64,000 nt of DNA from an uncultured delta proteobacterium (lineage in GTDB: Bacteria > Myxococcota_A > Polyangia > Polyangiales > JAFGIB01), in NCBI GenBank assembly GCA_963778655.1, contig CAVZVA010000008.1:128001-192000 (forward strand). The letters are read 5' to 3'. Below are positions 32,469 to 42,696 of this stretch, in pieces (within the stretch, counting starts at the first letter, position 1; each line of letters begins with the position of its first letter). The notes under the pieces are model-generated. The model made no database searches. It was not told the DNA's origin and was given only the letters and a program-made list of their open reading frames with translations. A program made the translations under genes and the position numbers.

Positions 32469-33625
32469 GTTTCCCGCTCCTCTGCGGATAGCAGGTGCAG
32501 ATCGAAGCCGTGCGCTCGCCGCACCAGTCGCTGCGCAACGGTCGCGCCGAAGATCTGTCGGTACCACGGCTGTTCGGTGACACCGATGATGATGTCGGTC
32601 ACACCGTTGGCGCGTGCGAACTCCAGGATTCCGTCGACGGGATCCTCCGCCTTGATGTGCTGTACGTCCGCACCTAGATCACGGGCCATCTGCTGGCCGT
32701 CGAAAAGATGCCGCTGTGTCGCCGCATCGATGCGCGTTGGATTCTCGCTCGGTGTTTCCACATAGAGTGCGTACCAGTGAACGTTGAGCCGACCTGCCAT
32801 GCGGGAGGCCCGTCGCAAGAGCGAGCGCGTTCGCGGCGACCTGGAGGACACGCAGACGACGATGCGGCCGCCGGTTGCTCGATGGGCCTCCTTCGGTGCG
32901 TGAGCGTCGTCGTTGCCATTGCCCTTTGACTGGGAACGCCCAATCGACTCGGCGACCTCGCGCAACGCAAGCTCGCGGAGTGCCTCGAGGTTCTCCACCT
33001 GAAAGAAGTGCCGGAGAGCCCAGTCGATGCGATCCTCGGGATAGACCTTCCCAGACTTGAGCCGCTCCAAAAGATCGTCGGGCGGCAGATCGATGTTCAC
33101 GATCTGATCCGCACGACGCAGAAACGAGTCGGGCACCGTTTCGTGCACCGTAACGCCCGTCGCTTTCTTGACGATGTCGTTCAGGCTCTCGAGATGTTGG
33201 ATGTTGAATGCGCAATAGACGTGGATGCCGGCGCGCAGGAGTTCGAGGATATCCTCGTAGCGCTTCTTATTCTTGCTTCCTGGAGCGTTGGTGTGCGCCG
33301 CTTCATCGATGAGTGCAATCTCCGGGGCTCGTTTCCTGACCTCATCGACATCGAGCTCCTCGAGCTCGACCCCCCGGTACTCCACCTTGCGAAGAGGAAC
33401 CTGCGGGAGACCGTGTGTCAGGGCCGCTGTGTCCTCGCGACCGTGGGTGTCGATGACTCCGACCACGACATTGACGCCGCGCTTCTTGAGCTGGTGCGCC
33501 TCCTGGAGCATTCGATAGGTCTTGCCGACGCCCGCCGCCGGACCGAGAAAGACCTTCAGCCGGCCCTGGCGAGAGCGGCGGACCAGCTCGAGGAATTCAT
33601 CCGAACGGGCGTGAGACGGCGGCAT
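32465..33625 (-). CDS. kdpD: Stand-alone KdpD N-terminal sensor + USP domain (split KdpD, no kinase)
   Basis: GRLKVFLGPAAGVGKTYRML, DEAAHTN, NIQHLESLND, V.ETVPD, LRELALR followed by a USP domain. Confidence 0.9.
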   Translation of the reverse strand: MPPSHARSDEFLELVRRSRQGRLKVFLGPAAGVGKTYRMLQEAHQLKKRGVNVVVGVIDTHGREDTAALTHGLPQVPLRKVEYRGVELEELDVDEVRKRAPEIALIDEAAHTNAPGSKNKKRYEDILELLRAGIHVYCAFNIQHLESLNDIVKKATGVTVHETVPDSFLRRADQIVNIDLPPDDLLERLKSGKVYPEDRIDWALRHFFQVENLEALRELALREVAESIGRSQSKGNGNDDAHAPKEAHRATGGRIVVCVSSRSPRTRSLLRRASRMAGRLNVHWYALYVETPSENPTRIDAATQRHLFDGQQMARDLGADVQHIKAEDPVDGILEFARANGVTDIIIGVTEQPWYRQIFGATVAQRLVRRAHGFDLHLLSAEERET

Positions 33626-33631
33626 TGGCGG

Positions 33632-34195
33632 TCAAGGTGCGGCCGAACCGAAGCTTCTGTCCAGGGCGAGGTTCGTCTCCAGCACGTTGATGAGAGGCGG
33701 TGACCAGGGGTTGGAAGCAGCATGCTGCCGAACGAGCTCCTCCACACGCGAGGCGGCAAGCCCGCGCGCGCCCGCGATGCGCGGCACCTGGTAGAGCGCG
33801 CCTTCTAGCGTGATGTGCGGGTCCATTCCCGATCCCGATGCTGCGATGAGCTCGCCGGGGACCGGACGTTCGGCGGTCGCCGAGAGGAGCGTAACCGCGC
33901 CTGTTGCACGCTCGGTGAGTGCAGGATTGCTTGACGCGAGATTGCTTCCGCCGGTCGCGGCAGCGTTGTAGTCGACCGCCGACGGCCGCGACCAGAGGTA
34001 CTCGGGTCGTGTGAATCCCTGAGCGATGAGGCTGCTTCCGATGACCTGCCCCGCATCATTGCGGATTAGACTACCTTGCGCGCGCTCCGGGACGACGAGC
34101 TGGCCGAAAGCCAGCGCCGCGAGAGGATAGAGCACAGCGCAGACGGCGAGGCTTGCCAGCCATGCTCGAACGCTGATGAAAAGATCCTTCAACAT
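33632..34195 (-). CDS. kdpC: K+-transporting ATPase subunit C
   Basis: GSSLIAQ.F, RPSA, SGSGMDPHI, NVLETNLALD. Confidence 0.93.
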   Translation of the reverse strand: MLKDLFISVRAWLASLAVCAVLYPLAALAFGQLVVPERAQGSLIRNDAGQVIGSSLIAQGFTRPEYLWSRPSAVDYNAAATGGSNLASSNPALTERATGAVTLLSATAERPVPGELIAASGSGMDPHITLEGALYQVPRIAGARGLAASRVEELVRQHAASNPWSPPLINVLETNLALDRSFGSAAP

Positions 34196-34207
34196 ATCCG
34201 AACCTTC

Positions 34208-36285
34208 CTAGGCCGCACCAATGGCCATGAGCAACAGGTCAATCGCCTTGATCCCGATGAACGGCAGCACGAGCCCGCCCAGGCCGTAGACGAGCAGATT
34301 TCGTTGCAGCAGCCGGTCGGCGCTTGCGGGGCGGTAGCGGACGCCCTTGAGCGCGACGGGGATGAGGGCGGGAATGATGATCGCATTGAAAATCACCGCC
34401 GAGAGAATCGCGCTGCGCGGTGAGGCAAGACCCATGATGTTCAAAGCGGCGAGGCTTGGCATGGCGGCGACGAACAGCGCTGGAACGATGGCGAAATACT
34501 TGGCGACGTCGTTCGCGATCGAGAAGGTCGTCAGCGCCCCGCGGGTCATGAGGAGCTGCTTGCCGATCTCGACGACCTCGATGAGCTTGGTCGGGTCGCT
34601 GTCGAGGTCGACCATGTTGCCGGCCTCCTTGGCTGCCTGAGTTCCGGAGTTCATGGCGACACCGATGTCCGCCTGCGCGAGCGCCGGCGCATCGTTGGTG
34701 CCGTCACCCATCATGGCGATGAGCCGCCCGCCGCTCTGCTCCTTGCGGATGTATGCCAGCTTATCCTCGGGCGTCGCTTCTGCGATGAAGTCGTCGACGC
34801 CGGCTTCCTTGGCGATGGCCGCGGCCGTCAGAGGGTTGTCGCCGGTCACCATGACGATGCGCAGCCCCATTGCCCGGAGGCGTTCGAACCGCTGCTTGAT
34901 GCCGGGTTTGAGGACGTCGGACAATGCGACGACACCGAGCGCGCGGTCGTTCTCTGCGACGACGAGCGGGGTACCACCCCCACGAGCGATGTCTTCGACC
35001 TTCGCTCGGACTTCGTCCGGAAGGCGGGAGCCCTGTTCCGTGAGCCAACGTTCGATGGCGTCGACGGCTCCTTTTCGAAGCCGGCGACCGTCCGGAAGAT
35101 TCACTCCAGACACGCGCGTCTGCGCCGTAAACGGCACTGCCTCGGCGTCCTTGGGAAGGTCGAATGCGGCACCGCCAGCGCGTTCACGACACAGCTGAGT
35201 CAGCGACTTTCCCTCAGGAGTGTTGTCGGCCAGCGAGGCCAGCAACGCGGCCTGGGTGACGACGCTCGACGATACACCCTTGGCGGCAAACAGATCGGTG
35301 GCCCGCCGATTCCCCTCGGTGATCGTTCCAGTCTTGTCGAGGAGGACCGTGTCGATGTCACCAGCAAGCTCCACGGCTTTGCCGCTCTTGGCTAGCACGT
35401 TGGACTTGAGCGCGCGATCCATGCCCGCGAGCCCGATGGCGGCGAGCAGCCCACCGATGGTGGTGGGAATCAGGCAGACCAAGAGCGCGATCGCGGTCGA
35501 GAGGTCGATGCTCGCGCTGAAGAAGGACGCCATCGGCAGGAGCGAGACGGTCACCATGAGAAAGGCCAGTGTGAGCCCCGCCAGCGTGATCGTGAGCGCG
35601 ATCTCGTTCGGCGTCTTCTGACGCTTGGCGCCCTCGACCAGAGCGATCATCCGATCGAGGAAGGAGTCTCCCGGCTCCGCAGTGACCCGCACGACGATCT
35701 CATCGGACAAGACTCGTGTGCCGCCCGTGACACCGCTGCGATCCCCCCCGCTTCACGGACGACCGGAGCGGACTCTCCGGTGATCGCCGACTCGTCGATG
35801 CTGGCGATGCCTTCGATGATCTCGCCGTCCGCGGGTACGGTTTCACCCGCGGACACGATCACGACGTCGCCGGGCTTGAGATCGGTCGAGGTGACCGTCT
35901 CGATGTGACCGTGCTCGTCGCGACGTCTCGCAGCCGTCGACTTGCGCGTTTCGCGAAGAGCTTGGGTCTGCGCCTTGCCGCGCGCCTCCGCCAACGACTC
36001 GGCGAAGTTCGCAAAGAGCACCGTGACCCACAAGATCGCGGCGACGGCGAACTGATAGCCAGCGCTCTCGTTCGACGATAGGAGCGCCGCGATCCCGGAC
36101 AGCGTGCTCAGGGCGGCACCGAGCTCGGTGACGAACATGACGGGGTTACGCACCATCCGCTGCGGAAGAAGCAAGGCGAACGCCTCGCGCAGCGCTGAGC
36201 GAACGAGTTCAGGTGCCAACAGTGGTGCTTTGCGGCTCGCCTTTCTCGTGGCGCTCGCAGAAGCAGAATGTGTTTCCGTGGTCAT
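34208..36285 (-). CDS. kdpB: K+-transporting ATPase subunit B (frameshift at a C7 run near 35745)
   Basis: [46 protein letters not shown]. Confidence 0.93.
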
Positions 36286-36599
36286 CGCTTGCCTTCGTCT
36301 TCCTCGTCACCAAACAAGATTGCGCCGCGTTGGGGGAAAGAACCCAGCCGTTCTAGATTCTGCTGTGCGGGTTTGTAGGTCGGCTCGACCGCGATCCCGG
36401 CACGCAGGAAGTCCATCGCTTCGGGATGGTGCCCCTGGAGCTCCCGAACCACGGCGAGGATGTTGTAGGCGGCGGCGCGCTCTGGCTCGAGCGACAACGC
36501 CTGACGAGCGATCGCTTCGCCACGTTCCATCTGATGGGCGCGGATCTCTTCGCGCGCGTACTGAAGGAGCACATCATAGGTTTCATCGAGCCGCGTCAT
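36282..36599 (-). CDS. Small TPR protein between kdpA and kdpB
   Basis: QALSLEPERAAAYNILA...AIAVEPTYKPAQQNL TPR pattern; overlaps the kdpB start. Confidence 0.7.
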   Translation of the reverse strand: MTRLDETYDVLLQYAREEIRAHQMERGEAIARQALSLEPERAAAYNILAVVRELQGHHPEAMDFLRAGIAVEPTYKPAQQNLERLGSFPQRGAILFGDEEDEGKR

Positions 36600-36608
36600 G
36601 ATGTGCTC

Positions 36609-38277
36609 CTAGCGCGCTCCCGCCAGCGTCAGGTGCTCAGCGATGGGGCCGAGCACGGCAGCGGGCAGGAACAGCAGCGCACCGAGAAGCAGCACGCTTC
36701 CGAGTAGAAGGACCCCGAAGAGCGCCGAATCGGTACGGAAGGTACCGGCCGTCTCGGGCACGATCTTCTTCGCCGACAAGAAGCCAGCGATGGCGAGCGG
36801 GAGGATGATCGGCAGGTAGCGGCCGAGGAACATCCACAGACCCGTGGCGATGTTCCAGGGCACCGTGTTGTCGCCCAGCCCCTCGAACCCCGAGCCGTTG
36901 TTCGCCGCCGCGGAGCTGAACTCGTAGAGGATTTCGCTGAAGCCATGGCTGCCTGGGTTGGCAATGGTGCCGGCGCCCCAGGACGTTGCCGCGAAGACCG
37001 CCGTACCGCCGAGAATCAACAGCGGGTGCAAGAGAAGCGCGAGCGCAGCGAGCTTCATCTCCCGTGCTTCGATTTTTCGTCCGAGATACTCGGGCGTGCG
37101 CCCCACCATCAGTCCAGCGATGAACACCGCCACGACGATGTAGAGGAACATGTTGATGAACCCGACGCCCACGCCGCCGAAAGTTACGTTGAGCCACATG
37201 CCGATGAGCGGCATGAGTCCCGCGAGCGGATTCAGGCTGTCGTGCATCGCCGATACCGAGCCGTTGCTGGTCGCGGTCGTGGACACCGCCCAGAACGCGC
37301 CGCCCGGCGTTCCGATACGCAGCTCCTTGCCTTCGAGGTTGCCAAGGCTTTGGTCTACGGGCAGGTTGGCGAACGCCGCGTTGGGCTGGGCGTCCATGAG
37401 AACCGAAGTCGTCGACATGGCGAGGAAGATCGCCGTCATCACGCCGAACACGACGGCCGCGTGCTTGAGGCGCCCCGTCAGTCGACCGAACATCCATACG
37501 CTCGCCATCGGGATGAACACGAATTGCGAAGTTCTCAATGAGGTTCGAGTAGAACGACGGGTTCTCGAATGGGTGGGTGCTGTTCGGACCAAAGTAGCCG
37601 CCACCGTTCGTCCCGAGCTGTTTGATGGTCACCATCGCCGCGACGGGACCTCGCGCGATGGTTTGCGCCGCGCCCTCGAGCGTGTGCGCAACCGCTGCGC
37701 CATCGAGCGTCATCGGCATGCCCATGAGAATCAACGCGAATGCAACGAGGACCGAGACCGGCAGCAGCACCAGCACCGTCGCCCGGGCCAGATCCCGGTA
37801 GAAGTTGCCGATTTCCTTCTTTGGCCCGAGCGCTCGCGCGATCGCCGCCAAGGCGCCGATGCCGGTGGCAGCCGAAACGAACTGCAGCCAGGCCATGCCG
37901 AAGATTTGCGAGAAGTAGCTCAGCGACTGCTCGCCCGAGTAGTGCTGGAGGTTCGTGTTCGTCGTGAACGACATCGCCGTGTTGAACGCAAGGCTCGGCT
38001 CGAGGCCACCCTTGCCGTCCGGGTTGAACGGCAGCCAGTGCTGAAACACCAGCACGAGGAAGACGAACCCAAACATCAACACATTGAAGACGATGAGCGA
38101 GAGGGAGTACCTCTTCCACGTCTGTGGCTCAAGCGACCCACGTCCGAGCACGCGCTCCAGGATGCGATCGAAGCGGTCGTTCGCGAACGGTCCAAGCGCC
38201 CAGCTCATGTAGCGACCGAACGGCCATGCAAGCAGGGCCGTGACCGCGAAGAGAAGGAGACCAAACGTGAGGTTCAT
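36609..38277 (-). CDS. kdpA: K+-transporting ATPase subunit A (frameshift near 37520)
   Basis: SFTTNTNLQHYSGE, KQLGTNGGG, HPFENP, GLMVGRTPEY, SAAANNGS. Confidence 0.93.
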
Positions 38278-38287
38278 GGGCGACGTC

Positions 38288-38368
38288 CTAGAACTTCTCC
38301 GGTCGCACGATCGCGACCAGCAGGTAGACAAAGGCAAACGCCGAGACGATGGAGGCGAGAATCAGCAT
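38288..38368 (-). CDS. kdpF: K+-transporting ATPase subunit F
   Basis: Translated by hand: MLILASIVSAFAFVYLLVAIVRPEKF, with the YL..A..RPEKF signature; absent from the ORF track. Confidence 0.9.
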   Translation of the reverse strand: MLILASIVSAFAFVYLLVAIVRPEKF

Positions 38369-38380
38369 GGGCTTCTCCGT

Positions 38381-38464
38381 TCAGATTCGGTCGAGCATGA
38401 CGGTGAGTCCGTAGAGCCCGGCGAACGAGACAAGACCGAGAGCGAGGTAGGCGAGAATGAGCAT
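38381..38464 (-). CDS. 27-aa hydrophobic peptide upstream of kdpF
   Basis: MLILAYLALGLVSFAGLYGLTVMLDRI preceded by GGAGGAG. Confidence 0.7.
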   Translation of the reverse strand: MLILAYLALGLVSFAGLYGLTVMLDRI

Positions 38465-38477
38465 CAGAACTCCTCCG

Positions 38478-38520
38478 TGCAAGGGCCGTGCCTCCCTTGC
38501 GGTGCGCTTGTCAGGTGCCA
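38478..38520 (-). promoter_or_regulatory. Sigma54 promoter candidate(s) of the kdp operon
   Basis: AGGCAC-GGCCC-TTGCA (38478-38493) and TGGCAC-CTGAC-AAGC (38506-38520), with an AT-rich stretch and CGTGCAGCGTGCAAG (38592-38606) upstream. Confidence 0.6.
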
Positions 38521-38667
38521 TAAAAGCAGTGTAAGTTCTTGTTGTTACAAGCCATGTTTGCGTTCGTGTCCGTAGCTGCGTGCGCGAGCGCCGTGCAGCG
38601 TGCAAGCGGGTATCGACGAAACGATTGCGCGACGCCCGGCGGCCGGCGCGATCGGCGCGCGACAACT

Positions 38668-39093
38668 TCACGTGACTGCTCCCGACGATCGCAGACCGGC
38701 CTTGTCGGCGAAGTACTGAATCATCGCTCGTCGGGTGACGATCCCGATGAACGCGTTGCGGCTGTCGACGACCGGCACGAAGTTCTGCTCCAGCGCGCGC
38801 GAGAAGAGCTCCTCCATCTCCGCGTCGATGCCGACGGCTCGTACGGCGACACGCAGCGGGAGCTCTTGAAGCAGAAGAGTCTGAATGTCCTCCAGCGATC
38901 GCCTCGGAGCGTCGGCGAGCTTGCGCAAGAGGTCGCCCTCGCTGAGGGTGCCGACGTAGTGTCCGCCTTCGTCGAGCAGCGGGACTGCGGTGTAGCCCGA
39001 CCGCTGCATCGCGGCGAGGCATTGCCGCACGGTGTCCTTGATCGACAGCCAGACGACGTCGCTCTTGGGAGTGAGAAAGAAGGCGATATTCAT
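38668..39093 (-). CDS. Stand-alone tandem CBS-domain protein (YkuL/DarB-like)
   Basis: MNIAFFLTPK..GYTAVPLLD..G.YVGTLSEGDLL..NFVPVVD..FIGIVTR. Confidence 0.8.
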   Translation of the reverse strand: MNIAFFLTPKSDVVWLSIKDTVRQCLAAMQRSGYTAVPLLDEGGHYVGTLSEGDLLRKLADAPRRSLEDIQTLLLQELPLRVAVRAVGIDAEMEELFSRALEQNFVPVVDSRNAFIGIVTRRAMIQYFADKAGLRSSGAVT

Positions 39094-39125
39094 GGCCCGC
39101 ACCGCTTGATGCCTCTGGACGTGGA

Positions 39126-40499
39126 TCAGTTGGTCTTGACCACGACTCCCAGAATCGTGGCACCCCAGACGTTGTGAAGATCGGTCCCTGGCATCTCGAG
39201 GGTACCGTCGCTTGGGAATAGTGGCTCCGTTGCGTACTCGATCCGGTTGTCCAGGCGGATTAGCAGGTTGTCGCTGTCGGGAATCGGCCGGAATCCGAGC
39301 GTGAGCGTTCCGGTGGTGAGCAGCAGATCCGTTCCGTAGAGAACAGCATCAGGATCCTGGAGCACCTCCCCGCGAAGACCGACATCGAACCAGTCGACTA
39401 CCCTGTAGCCCGCCGCGAGACTCGCGCCCCAGAAGAAGGTTGTCGCACCCGACTGCGGGGTCTGCACACCGAGGTCGGCGTTGAATACGAGAGAGAAGTC
39501 ACCCGCATTGAAACGCGCAATGGCATCGACGAGGTGGCTCAGATCGACGTCGTTGACGTCGTTCTCCGTGACCCCGAGCAGGTAGCCCAACGAAAGACTC
39601 GTGCTGTCGCTCGGGGCAAAGGTAGCCTGCACCCCAACGTCCGGATAAGGATCCGAGTCGATGAAGGTGTTCGTTCCGTTGACGACGAGCGCTGTGAGTG
39701 TGACCGAGTCGGTCGGGGCGTAAACGGTCCGCAACCCGGTATGGTAGAAGGGCTGCATCAGGTAGTAGAGGGCGCCGCGCGTGTAGTTGATGTTCGCGAA
39801 GCTCTCGGAGACCTCGGCCCCGTAGATGGTGTCGAACTGGCCGAGGTCGAATTGCAGACCTTCCGTGAGGCGCCAGGAGACAAAGCCTTGCTTGAGGTTT
39901 TCGAGGGCGAGGCCGGCCGCCGGTGGCGAGCCGCTGAGCAGTCTTGGCGTGGACGGTCCGAAGCGCAGATTGACTGTCGCCCCGAAATGTTGTGTTTGAT
40001 AGTCGGCGTCGATGCCGATGAACGATAGGGCGAATCCGTTGGTGTGCGCGTAGGCGCGGTGAGGAACAGCGGCGCTGATGTCCTGGGCGTCCTCGGGAAA
40101 CAGCCAATCCTTCATGTAGTAGACGTCGCCGAACATGCGGAATCGGAGATGCTCGCGAAGGTCGTCCCAAGGGGATTCCGCGGCGTCCGAGGCCGGAGTG
40201 CTTACAGAGCCGGCTTCGGGCGCCCCCGCGTCTTGCGGTGCAGCCACATCCCGCTCTTGAGGAGGCGGCGACGCAGATCGTGCGTCGTCAGGAGGGGCAA
40301 GCGCAGATCCAGCGTTCTCGGGATGCGCCGTGCCCGTGCCCGCGCCCGGAGTTGAAACACCCTCGGCGTCCTGCGCAGCTCCGACCGAGGGAAGTCCGAT
40401 CACCAGGACCGCCGCAAGAGAGCTGATGAACATCCGCATTGCATCCGACGCCGAGCAACGGAAGAGACGCGAGCCAACCTGGTGACGTGACACGAGCAT
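39126..40499 (-). CDS. Outer-membrane beta-barrel porin (BBP2/OmpL-like)
   Basis: Signal peptide; DLGQFDTIYGAEV..NYTR..QPFYHTGLR motif; amphipathic strands. Confidence 0.8.
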   Translation of the reverse strand: MLVSRHQVGSRLFRCSASDAMRMFISSLAAVLVIGLPSVGAAQDAEGVSTPGAGTGTAHPENAGSALAPPDDARSASPPPQERDVAAPQDAGAPEAGSVSTPASDAAESPWDDLREHLRFRMFGDVYYMKDWLFPEDAQDISAAVPHRAYAHTNGFALSFIGIDADYQTQHFGATVNLRFGPSTPRLLSGSPPAAGLALENLKQGFVSWRLTEGLQFDLGQFDTIYGAEVSESFANINYTRGALYYLMQPFYHTGLRTVYAPTDSVTLTALVVNGTNTFIDSDPYPDVGVQATFAPSDSTSLSLGYLLGVTENDVNDVDLSHLVDAIARFNAGDFSLVFNADLGVQTPQSGATTFFWGASLAAGYRVVDWFDVGLRGEVLQDPDAVLYGTDLLLTTGTLTLGFRPIPDSDNLLIRLDNRIEYATEPLFPSDGTLEMPGTDLHNVWGATILGVVVKTN

Positions 40500-40534
40500 G
40501 AGTGCACCTTTCATCGTTTCGGCACTCAGCCTGA

Positions 40535-40549
40535 GCAATGAACGTGCCC
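40535..40549 (-). promoter_or_regulatory. Sigma54 promoter candidate of the porin-CBS unit
   Basis: GGGCAC-GTTCA-TTGC on the minus strand. Confidence 0.6.
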
Positions 40550-40985
40550 GCTTCCGCGACGCGATCTATTTCGCGTGTCGACACCACGTATCTCCGCGAC
40601 TTGATTCGAGAGCAGACGTTTCAGATACCTCGCAGCGAGCTGCTCGGGAGTTCGTCTCGCCCGGCGCGCCGCAAGGAAGGGCGGTGAAGTTGGTTGCGAC
40701 TCGCAAGGCGACCGACCCGGCGGGAGCCAAGCAGCCGGCCCTCTTTCTGAGACCCGTGGTCTATGACCGTTTCGCGACGTCGCCGGCAGACGGCGTGCAC
40801 CACGCAACATGTCCTCGCGGCCAAGGATCGCGAGCTGCAAGCATTCGGCCCTGGCGGCGCCGATTTCGCTCGTCTCGATGTGTGCCAGGGCCGCGGCTGC
40901 GAACCGTGTTTTCCCCATTAGATACGGCAATCTAGCGACGGGGTCGCAAGGCCCGCGTCAACGATCCAGCCGCCCGCACCAACGC

Positions 40986-41001
40986 TGGAACGCTCATTGC
41001 A
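40986..41001 (+). promoter_or_regulatory. Sigma54 promoter candidate of the trkA-like unit
   Basis: TGGAAC-GCTCA-TTGCA. Confidence 0.6.
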
Positions 41002-41055
41002 CAACGGTGGATCGCCAGGCGTTGGCAACAAGGGCCTGAGCGGACTGGAACCATC

Positions 41056-41889
41056 ATGCTGCAAGTCGTCGTCGTTGGATGCGGATATCTGGGGACGTGC
41101 CTCGTGGAACGCATGACTGCGGAGGGGATGGCGGTCACGGCGATCGACCAGGATGAGAAAGCGCTCTCCGCGATCCAGCGCAGCACGAGCCTGGTTCGCC
41201 TGGCTGGCGATCCGATGACGAGCGATGTCATGGAGCGAGCCGAAGCGCATGGCGCCGACGTTGTGATTGCGGCAACGCGGAAGGACGAGCTGAACGTCGT
41301 GATCGGTGTCGTCGCTCAAAAGCTCCACCACGTCAAGCATGCGATTGGTCGCGTCCGCGATCCGAAGCGAGCCGATTCTTTCGCCCATCTCGGCGTTGAG
41401 ACTGTCTGTCCGACCACGCTCGAAGCGGCACTCGTCACGCGGCACGTTCAGGCGATCGCGAGTCCAGAAGGCCGGCGCATCGTGATCGTCGGCTGCGGGC
41501 AGCTTGGAAGTCACGTGGCGCGTCAGTTCGAGAGCGAAGGCCACCACATTGCGATCGTCGATAGCGAGCCCGCATCGTTCGAGAGCCTCACAAAGGCTTT
41601 TCGCGGGCGTCGCATTGAAGGCGACGCTACAGATCCGTCGGTGCTTGACCAGACCGAAGCCTCGAAGGCGGACCTGCTCGTCGTCGCGACGCGAAACGAC
41701 GTGGTCAACCTCGCCGTCGTCGCGGCAGCGACACAGATGCTGGGAGTCAGAAGTATCATCACACGCGTGCAGGATCCGAGACGAGACGTGCTCTTCAAAG
41801 GAACGACAACGCTCAACTCGACCATCACCACGGCCAGCGCGATTCTCACCATGATCGGTCGACTGGACGCGACGGAAGCGTCGTCATGA
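41056..41889 (+). CDS. TrkA/KtrA-family protein made of two RCK_N domains
   Basis: Two VVGCGxLG Rossmann motifs, each followed by GD and AD.VI.AT..D.VN. Confidence 0.85.
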   Translation: MLQVVVVGCGYLGTCLVERMTAEGMAVTAIDQDEKALSAIQRSTSLVRLAGDPMTSDVMERAEAHGADVVIAATRKDELNVVIGVVAQKLHHVKHAIGRVRDPKRADSFAHLGVETVCPTTLEAALVTRHVQAIASPEGRRIVIVGCGQLGSHVARQFESEGHHIAIVDSEPASFESLTKAFRGRRIEGDATDPSVLDQTEASKADLLVVATRNDVVNLAVVAAATQMLGVRSIITRVQDPRRDVLFKGTTTLNSTITTASAILTMIGRLDATEASS

Positions 41890-42197
41890 CCAAGAGCGGA
41901 TCTCGCAGGATCCTGGCCGGAGCCGGAGTCATCCTGTTGCTCGTTGTCGGGGCTGCCCTGTGGTACTGGCAGGGCACGGCTGAGCACCGGGCAGTTCATC
42001 GGTTGCCACCGGAGGATCGCGCAGCGGTGTTTCGCCGCGAGTTCGACGCCTTCCACGCGCTCTGCGGGCAAGGCCCGCGGGGCGACGCGCTCCAGGCACG
42101 GTGCAAGGAAAAGGCGGAGTTCATCCTCGAGTTTCCCGAATGCGACGCACGCTGCCAGGAGCTCGCGCGAAGCCACGTTCCGAAGGCGACTCGCTAG
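41886..42197 (+). CDS. Small single-TM hypothetical protein with four Cys
   Basis: ATGA overlap with the trkA-like gene; N-terminal TM segment. Confidence 0.6.
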   Translation: MTKSGSRRILAGAGVILLLVVGAALWYWQGTAEHRAVHRLPPEDRAAVFRREFDAFHALCGQGPRGDALQARCKEKAEFILEFPECDARCQELARSHVPKATR

Positions 42198-42205
42198 CGT
42201 GCGCG

Positions 42206-42532
42206 TCAATCGGAGTCGTGTTTTCTGATGTGGACACCACCTTCGGTCGAGCGAAGCACTCTTGAGCAACGCAGCTCGGCGACGAACCCGGTCACGACTC
42301 CCGCAGCGGCAATAGCAAAAATGCCCAGCGCCGCTTGCTGGACAGAGCGCGGGGCCCATGGCGCGAGAGCAGTGCAGATCCACAAGGGAACGGCAAGGAG
42401 AGCCGTGACATGTACTCGGAGCACCCGGCGCGCCCTCGCCCTTTCGAGCGCAAGGTGGGCGTTCAAGAACGCGTTCAGCTTGCGCCCTCGAGGATCCTCC
42501 CTGGGGTTGGAACGAACTTCCACCAGCGACAT
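42206..42532 (-). CDS. Small hypothetical membrane protein
   Basis: Two TM segments; sigma54-like CGGCAC-GACCA-TTGCT at 42547-42562 upstream. Confidence 0.5.
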   Translation of the reverse strand: MSLVEVRSNPREDPRGRKLNAFLNAHLALERARARRVLRVHVTALLAVPLWICTALAPWAPRSVQQAALGIFAIAAAGVVTGFVAELRCSRVLRSTEGGVHIRKHDSD

Positions 42533-42696
42533 GACCCGTTGGTCGGAGCAATGGTCGTGCCGTCGGCGGGCGCCGCGTAGGTGGGCGGCTTGTGTCGTCC
42601 TTCCCGTGCGGGCCACCGGAAGATTGCAAGAACCACAGCGCCGACGTCTTGCATTCTACGATCCCCCTGGTCAGCTGGATGCAAGCGGCCCAACTG

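Noticed and set aside
42668..42683. Plus-strand GG-N10-GC sigma54-like site
   Set aside because: It has a weak -12 element and no plus-strand gene downstream.
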